64,000 nt of DNA, taken from NCBI GenBank assembly GCA_039194325.1, contig JBCCWC010000013.1:32001-96000 (forward strand). The letters are read 5' to 3'. Of this stretch, positions 58,880-64,000 are shown piece by piece. The notes under the pieces are model-generated. The model searched no databases. It was not told the origin of the DNA and was given only the letters and a program-made list of their open reading frames with translations. The DNA is from Myxococcota bacterium. GTDB lineage: Bacteria; Myxococcota_A; Polyangia; Nannocystales; Nannocystaceae. Each line of letters opens with the position of its first letter. Positions within the stretch are counted from its first letter, which is position 1. A program made the position numbers and the translations under genes.

Positions 58880-59018
58880 GCAATGCATCGCGACCGTCGG
58901 CGCCGCGCGGCCTAGGCGATCGTCGGCGTGCTCGCGGCAACCCCCGGGCGCTTGCCCGGATCGTTGCCCGGATCGTTGACGGTCCAGTGGAGTGCGGCCG
59001 TGAAATCGAGCCGTCCGC

Positions 59019-59855
59019 TCACTGTCGATCGAGAAACTCCAATACCGCTCGGGCGAAGCGATCGTTCTGATCGCCGGCCACCATGTGCGCCGCGTCCGAG
59101 ACATCCACCACCTCGGCGTGCGGCACCAGCTTACGGAAGTGCGCCACCCCTTCCTCGCTGATGAGATCGCTCAGCCGCCCTCGCACGAGCAGCGTAGGGA
59201 TGGTGATCGATCGAACGATCCTCTCGTCCTCGAGCAGGATCCGGCTGGGCCGATGGCGCTGCACGCCGGTGAGGAACGCCGGATCCCAGTGCCAGTAGTA
59301 GCGACCGTCGTCGCGCAGGCGAAGATTCTTGCGCAAGCCATCGAGGTTTCGGGGCCGGCGGCGATGCGGTAGGTAGCCCGCGACGGCATCCGCCGCCTCT
59401 TCGATCGTCGCGAAGCCCGCCTCGTGCCCGGTCATGAAGGCAAAGATCCGTTCGACCCCGGCCGGCTCGATCTGCGGCGCGACGTCGACCAGCACCAGGG
59501 CCTTCGCGCGCAGCCCCAGCTTGCCCACCGCATACATGCCGGTGTAGCCGCCGAGCGAAGCGCCCACCAGGACCGGGGGCGCCGGGAGGGTCGAGGCGAC
59601 CGCGATCAGATCGCGACCAAGGCATTCGAGCCGGTAGTCGTCCTCCGAAGCCCACGCGCTCTGCCCATGACCGCGCGCGTCGTAGGTGATGGCCACCCAG
59701 CCCCGCTCAACGAGCGCCCGCGCCGTCCCATCCCAGGCGTGTCGGGTCTGTCCGCCGCCGTGCATGAGGATCACCGGGTTTCCGCCGTCACCCCAGCGAT
59801 CGACGGCGAGCTCGAGGCCGTCGCCGCTCAGTCTCGAGGTCTCCGGTTCGATCAT
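59019..59855 (-). CDS. Alpha/beta hydrolase
   Basis: MHGGGQTRHAW, DARGHG, GASLGG, AAHMVAGD; start uncertain. Confidence 0.88.
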   Translation of the reverse strand: MIEPETSRLSGDGLELAVDRWGDGGNPVILMHGGGQTRHAWDGTARALVERGWVAITYDARGHGQSAWASEDDYRLECLGRDLIAVASTLPAPPVLVGASLGGYTGMYAVGKLGLRAKALVLVDVAPQIEPAGVERIFAFMTGHEAGFATIEEAADAVAGYLPHRRRPRNLDGLRKNLRLRDDGRYYWHWDPAFLTGVQRHRPSRILLEDERIVRSITIPTLLVRGRLSDLISEEGVAHFRKLVPHAEVVDVSDAAHMVAGDQNDRFARAVLEFLDRQ

Positions 59856-60039
59856 GGGGGCCGTTGGTCGACCCATCCTAGACCATCTATCCTGGACCAT
59901 ATGGAGTGATAGGCCGCCCCGCGAGCGTCGACTGCCCCTCGGCGAATTCCGCCTAAATTCAGCCCAATTAGTCATTGAACAATGTTCAAAGAGCATACTC
60001 TGGGCTTTCGTCACGGCCTGGAGACAACGAAGATCGTTC

Positions 60040-60078
60040 TTGACAGACTATATTTTCAGTAAATATTGAAAATATAAT
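60040..60078. promoter_or_regulatory. AT-rich promoter/operator: TTGACA plus 10-bp inverted repeat TATATTTTCA-N8-TGAAAATATA
   Basis: TTGACA 60040-60045; IR arms 60049-60058 and 60067-60076; just upstream of the 60100 gene. Confidence 0.7.
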
Positions 60079-60099
60079 CGTTCCCCAGGATCGTCGCTC

Positions 60100-61110
60100 A
60101 TGAAGATCGTGCTCGCGGGTGGCCGCGGCCAGGTAGGCCGCCACCTCATCCGTCATTTCACCGCCGCCGGCCACGAGGTCGTTGTGCTCTCGCGGGATCA
60201 ACCGCCCCCAGGTGACTCGACCCAACGTCGCTGGAGCGGAAGCCGGCTGGGTCCTTGGGCCGCTGTCCTCGACGGAGCCGACGTACTCGTCAACCTCGCC
60301 GGTCGCAGCGTCAACTGCCGCTACGACGCCCGCAACCGGGCGGAGATCTACGCGTCGCGCCTGCACAGCACCCGCGCGCTGGGGCAGGCCGTAGCCATGG
60401 CGGCGCAACCCCCTCGCGTGTGGCTCAACGCCAGCACGGCCACGATCTACCGCGACGCCCGAGACCGGGCCCAAGACGAGCGGGACGGCGAGATCTGGCG
60501 AGGCGACGAGCCCGGGATCCCCGACGCGTGGCACTTCAGCGTAGACGTGGCCCGCCAATGGGAAGCCGAGCTCGCCCGCGCCCCCACCCCGGCCACTCGC
60601 AAGGTGGCGCTCCGCGCCGCGATGGTGATGGAGCCCGAGGACGGGGGCGTGTTCGCGGTGCTCGGCTCGCTGGTACGCCGGGGCCTGGGCGGCACGCAGG
60701 GTGACGGCGGCCAGTATGTCTCGTGGATCCACATCGACGACTTCATGCGGGCCATCGATCTCGTCATCGAGCGGGACGGCCTCGAGGGGCCCATCAACCT
60801 CGCCGCCCCCAAGCCGCTTCCCAACCGCGAGTTCATGCGAGCGCTTCGCCAGGCTTGGGGGTGCCCGGTGGGCCTGCCCACCTCGCGCTGGATGCTCGAG
60901 CTGGGCGCCTGGGCCATGCGCACCGAGACCGAGCTTGTCCTCAAGAGCCGCTGGGTGGTGCCCACCCGGCTGCTCGAGGCTGGCTTCTCGTTTCGGCACC
61001 CGAGCTGGCCGGAGGCGGCGACCGATCTGGTGACCCGCGTGCGCGATCGAGCTCGCGCCCGAGCTCGCCTCCTCCACGCGGTGCCCAGTTGGGCCCGGGC
61101 TCGAACATAG
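60100..61110 (+). CDS. TIGR01777 family NAD-dependent epimerase (DUF1731)
   Basis: GGRGQVG, NLAGRSVNCRY, GDGGQYVSWIHIDD, ETELVLKSRWVVP..LLEAGFSFRHP. Confidence 0.9.
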   Translation: MKIVLAGGRGQVGRHLIRHFTAAGHEVVVLSRDQPPPGDSTQRRWSGSRLGPWAAVLDGADVLVNLAGRSVNCRYDARNRAEIYASRLHSTRALGQAVAMAAQPPRVWLNASTATIYRDARDRAQDERDGEIWRGDEPGIPDAWHFSVDVARQWEAELARAPTPATRKVALRAAMVMEPEDGGVFAVLGSLVRRGLGGTQGDGGQYVSWIHIDDFMRAIDLVIERDGLEGPINLAAPKPLPNREFMRALRQAWGCPVGLPTSRWMLELGAWAMRTETELVLKSRWVVPTRLLEAGFSFRHPSWPEAATDLVTRVRDRARARARLLHAVPSWARART

Positions 61111-61248
61111 AAGCTCCGGCCGGGCTTGCTGGCTGTACTCCGTGCGAGCCGGCAGCCCTCCCGATACTTTCGTGGTTTCGGGCACTTGAGACCCGGAGCC
61201 CACGGCGAGCCCGGGGCAGGCGCGGGGTTGGTAACGTGGGCAACCGCC

Positions 61249-62100
61249 ATGTTCTCGGTCATCGTCCCCGCCTACAACGAAGCCGCCGTCATCGACCGCT
61301 GCCTGTCGGCCATGCTCACCGACGCCCGACCCGGTGAGCTGGAGATCATCGTGGTGGCCAACAACTGCTCGGACGACACCGCCCAGCGAGCCCGGAGCCA
61401 CGGCGAGATGGTCAAGGTCGTCGAGACCCCGGTCGGCTCCAAGATCAACGCGCTCAACCTCGGCGACGACGCGGCCACCGGCTGGCCGCGCCTCTACGTC
61501 GACGCGGACATCGTGGTGAGCACCGAGGCGCTGCGCGACGTGGCCTCGATGCTGGGCGAGGGCTCACCCATCGTCGTGGCCGCCCCCACCGCGGTGGTCG
61601 ACTACTCCGATCGCTCCGGGCTGGTCCAGGCCTTCTACAAGGTGTGGACCCAGCTGCCCTACTTCACCGAGGGGGTGATCGGCGCCGGGTTCTACGGCTT
61701 TTCCAAGAAGGGCCGCGAGCGCTTCGGTCGCTGGCCCGACATCATCGCCGACGACGAGTACGCTCGCCTGACCGCGGCCCCCGACGAGCGCGCCGTCACC
61801 CCGAATCATACGTTCACCATCACCCCGCCCACCCAGCTGCGCATGGTGGCCAAGATCCAGACCCGGGCTCGCGCCGGCATGTACCAGCTGCACGAGAAGT
61901 TCCCCGAGCTGCGCCGCAACGAGACGACCAATCCGGCGCGCACGCTCCGGGTGATCGCCGGTCGCCCCGACCTGTGGCTTCATGCCCCGATCTACTTGGG
62001 GGTCATGAGCTACGCAAAGATGATGGCCCACCGCAAGCTGCGCAAGGGTCAGCAGCGGGTCTGGGAGCGCGACGAAACGGCCCGCGCGGCCGCGGGCTGA
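61249..62100 (+). CDS. GT2 family glycosyltransferase
   Basis: FSVIVPAYNE, NNCSDDT, KINALN, YVDAD. Confidence 0.9.
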   Translation: MFSVIVPAYNEAAVIDRCLSAMLTDARPGELEIIVVANNCSDDTAQRARSHGEMVKVVETPVGSKINALNLGDDAATGWPRLYVDADIVVSTEALRDVASMLGEGSPIVVAAPTAVVDYSDRSGLVQAFYKVWTQLPYFTEGVIGAGFYGFSKKGRERFGRWPDIIADDEYARLTAAPDERAVTPNHTFTITPPTQLRMVAKIQTRARAGMYQLHEKFPELRRNETTNPARTLRVIAGRPDLWLHAPIYLGVMSYAKMMAHRKLRKGQQRVWERDETARAAAG

Positions 62101-62377
62101 CGACCTCTGCTCACGTCGAACGACGGGATCCGAACGCGATCCGTCCGGCGGCATTGACCGGACCGATCGCCCATATGTGGTCGCTCGAGGGCATCGGAGG
62201 CACGCCTTGAAGCGCTGCCGGTCGACGACTCGTCGATGACCCGAAGTCGGCGAGCGATCTCGAACAATCCCTGGCGCTCGGCGGTCGCTCCGGGGGCGAG
62301 CGTCACGGGCATCGTGCCATCGTCGTATCAATTGTCGCATCCATCGTTGTATCCATTATGTGGTACGCTGAAATTCA

Positions 62378-63502
62378 GTGGGGTCGAGTCGCGGTTGGTG
62401 GCCAATCGGGGGATGGGCCATTGCACTTTTGATGACGGTCGTGCCGAGCGCGGCGCCCGGTTGTACCGCCAACGTGTTCTCGTGCGGCTCGGATGCCGAT
62501 TGCGGCTCCGACGGGGTCTGCGAGGCGACCAGCTACTGCAGCTTCCCCGACAGCTCGTGCAACTCCGACCGCCGCTACAGCACCTTGGCCGGCGATGGCC
62601 TGGCGGGTACCTGCGTGCAAGGGCCGGTGTCGGTCGGCAGCGCGAGTTCGAGCGCCGAGTCCAGCGGCTCCCCGCCTCCGCCTCCCCCCTCGCCGGGGAC
62701 CACCACGCTCGACGGCGGGGTCTTCACCGGCACCGACCCCGTCGATGCCTCGGACGACACCAACACCGCCGACACGTCGAGTAGCTCCGGGATCCCTCCG
62801 ACCACCGGCACCGCGGTCGAGCGGGTGTTCGAGGGCTTGCTCGTGCTCTACGAGTTCGACGAGGGCGCCGGCACCAGCGTCATGGACGTCAGCGGGGAGG
62901 GCACGCCGCTACACCTGGAGATCCAGGGAAGCGGCTACTCGTGGGTGGACGACGGCCTCCAGGTCGAAGACGCGATCGTGCGCTCGGAGGTCCCGGCCAC
63001 CAAGGTCATCGAGGGCTGCCAGGCGACCAACGAGCTGACCGTAGAGGCCTGGATCACCCCGCTGGCCGCCGACATGGAGGGTCCCGCACGCATCGTCACG
63101 CTCTCGGCAAGCTCTGGTGACCGCAACTTCACGCTGGGTCAAGGCATGTTCGAGATGCCGAGCTCGATCTTCGCCGCTCGCCTACGCACCAGTGACGACA
63201 GCGGGTCGAACAACGGCATCCCCCAGCTCGACACGCCGCCCCTGGCCGCCCCTGTCGCGACTCACGTGCTCTACGTGCGAAGTAGCGCCGAGGGTACCGA
63301 CCAGATCTTCGTCGACGGTCAGCCCGAGGCGCAAGGGGTGCGCACCGGCGATTTCTCGGGCTGGGACCCTCGCTACGCGCTAGCCTGCGGTGACGAGCTC
63401 ACTCGCGATCGCCCGTGGCAGGGAATCCTCCACCTCGTGGCCGTGTACGATCGCGCCCTGACCCACGACGAGATCATCCAAAACTTCGACGCCAGGTTTT
63501 GA
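62378..63502 (+). CDS. Lipoprotein: Cys-rich N-module plus C-terminal LamG domain
   Basis: APGC lipobox; LLVLYEFDEG, ELTVEAWITP, VAVYDRALT. Confidence 0.8.
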   Translation: MGSSRGWWPIGGWAIALLMTVVPSAAPGCTANVFSCGSDADCGSDGVCEATSYCSFPDSSCNSDRRYSTLAGDGLAGTCVQGPVSVGSASSSAESSGSPPPPPPSPGTTTLDGGVFTGTDPVDASDDTNTADTSSSSGIPPTTGTAVERVFEGLLVLYEFDEGAGTSVMDVSGEGTPLHLEIQGSGYSWVDDGLQVEDAIVRSEVPATKVIEGCQATNELTVEAWITPLAADMEGPARIVTLSASSGDRNFTLGQGMFEMPSSIFAARLRTSDDSGSNNGIPQLDTPPLAAPVATHVLYVRSSAEGTDQIFVDGQPEAQGVRTGDFSGWDPRYALACGDELTRDRPWQGILHLVAVYDRALTHDEIIQNFDARF

Positions 63503-63717
63503 CACTGAAGTGATGGCGACCACGGCGTGCGCATCGGCTCACCGGCTCACCGGTGGCCTCCCCTCGGGAGCATGCTGCGCCGCTCGAGCTCGCTATCATG
63601 GAGGCCCTTAGCATGTGCGCCCAGACACATCTTTCATTCGGTGTTCGTTCGACACGAGCGCATGGTTAGCCCCCGTGGTAACGAAGGGATTGGTAGCCTC
63701 GCACCATAAATCGGAGA

Positions 63718-64000
63718 ATGGATCATCCCATGCGCAAGCCCCCCGCTTTTTCCTCGCGAACGATGTTCTGGCTGCTCGGTTCGGCCGGTACCGCCCTCGT
63801 CGCATCACCGGCTCATGCGCTCGATCCTTTCACTGACGGCAGCAGTCTGCTCAACAATCCCACCCTCACCTCTGGCGTAGCGATCGGCGTCACCGACATG
63901 AACGGTGACGGCCTCGACGACATCGTCCGGCTCGACGACGCCGAGATCGTCGAGATCGAGTATCAGCTGCCCGACGGCAGCTTCGATCACTACGTGTTCG
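63718..64000 (+). CDS. Secreted FG-GAP repeat protein, partial
   Basis: Manual translation: signal peptide ending AHA, then TDMNGDGLDDIV; runs off the window. Confidence 0.7.
   Translation, partial: MDHPMRKPPAFSSRTMFWLLGSAGTALVASPAHALDPFTDGSSLLNNPTLTSGVAIGVTDMNGDGLDDIVRLDDAEIVEIEYQLPDGSFDHYVF

Overview
GC-rich window that looks myxobacterial: MYXO-CTERM tail, Myxococcus-type Cys-rich repeat, DUF1592/DUF1552 pairs, many lipoproteins, a Ser/Thr kinase and ECF sigma factors. A Nannocystaceae-like origin is my inference. About 45 genes can be supported; no rRNA, tRNA, CRISPR array or transposase was recognised. The standout is a five-gene RiPP cluster at 7970-14358. It encodes a precursor-like protein with TxxxC motifs, an APH-type kinase (class V LanK-like), a HopA1-type lyase fused to a LanC cyclase with all zinc-ligand motifs, an S8 protease without an obvious signal peptide, and a 215-aa multi-core precursor. 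That precursor has Thr/Ser/Cys-rich cores separated by AQAQ spacers, including an exact 43-aa duplication and a (TxxxC)x4 core. This looks like a hybrid lanthipeptide system: class V-type dehydration, a LanC cyclase and cyanobactin-like multi-core logic. Other items: a Septu/PtuAB-like ATPase-HNH pair, a duplicated promoter plus N-terminus shared by two unrelated glycosyltransferases, a degenerate KS/CLF-like pair, a VOC protein with a histone-H1-like tail, a Cys-rich lipoprotein module found four times, and local duplication scars. All family calls come from motif recognition by eye, not database searches.
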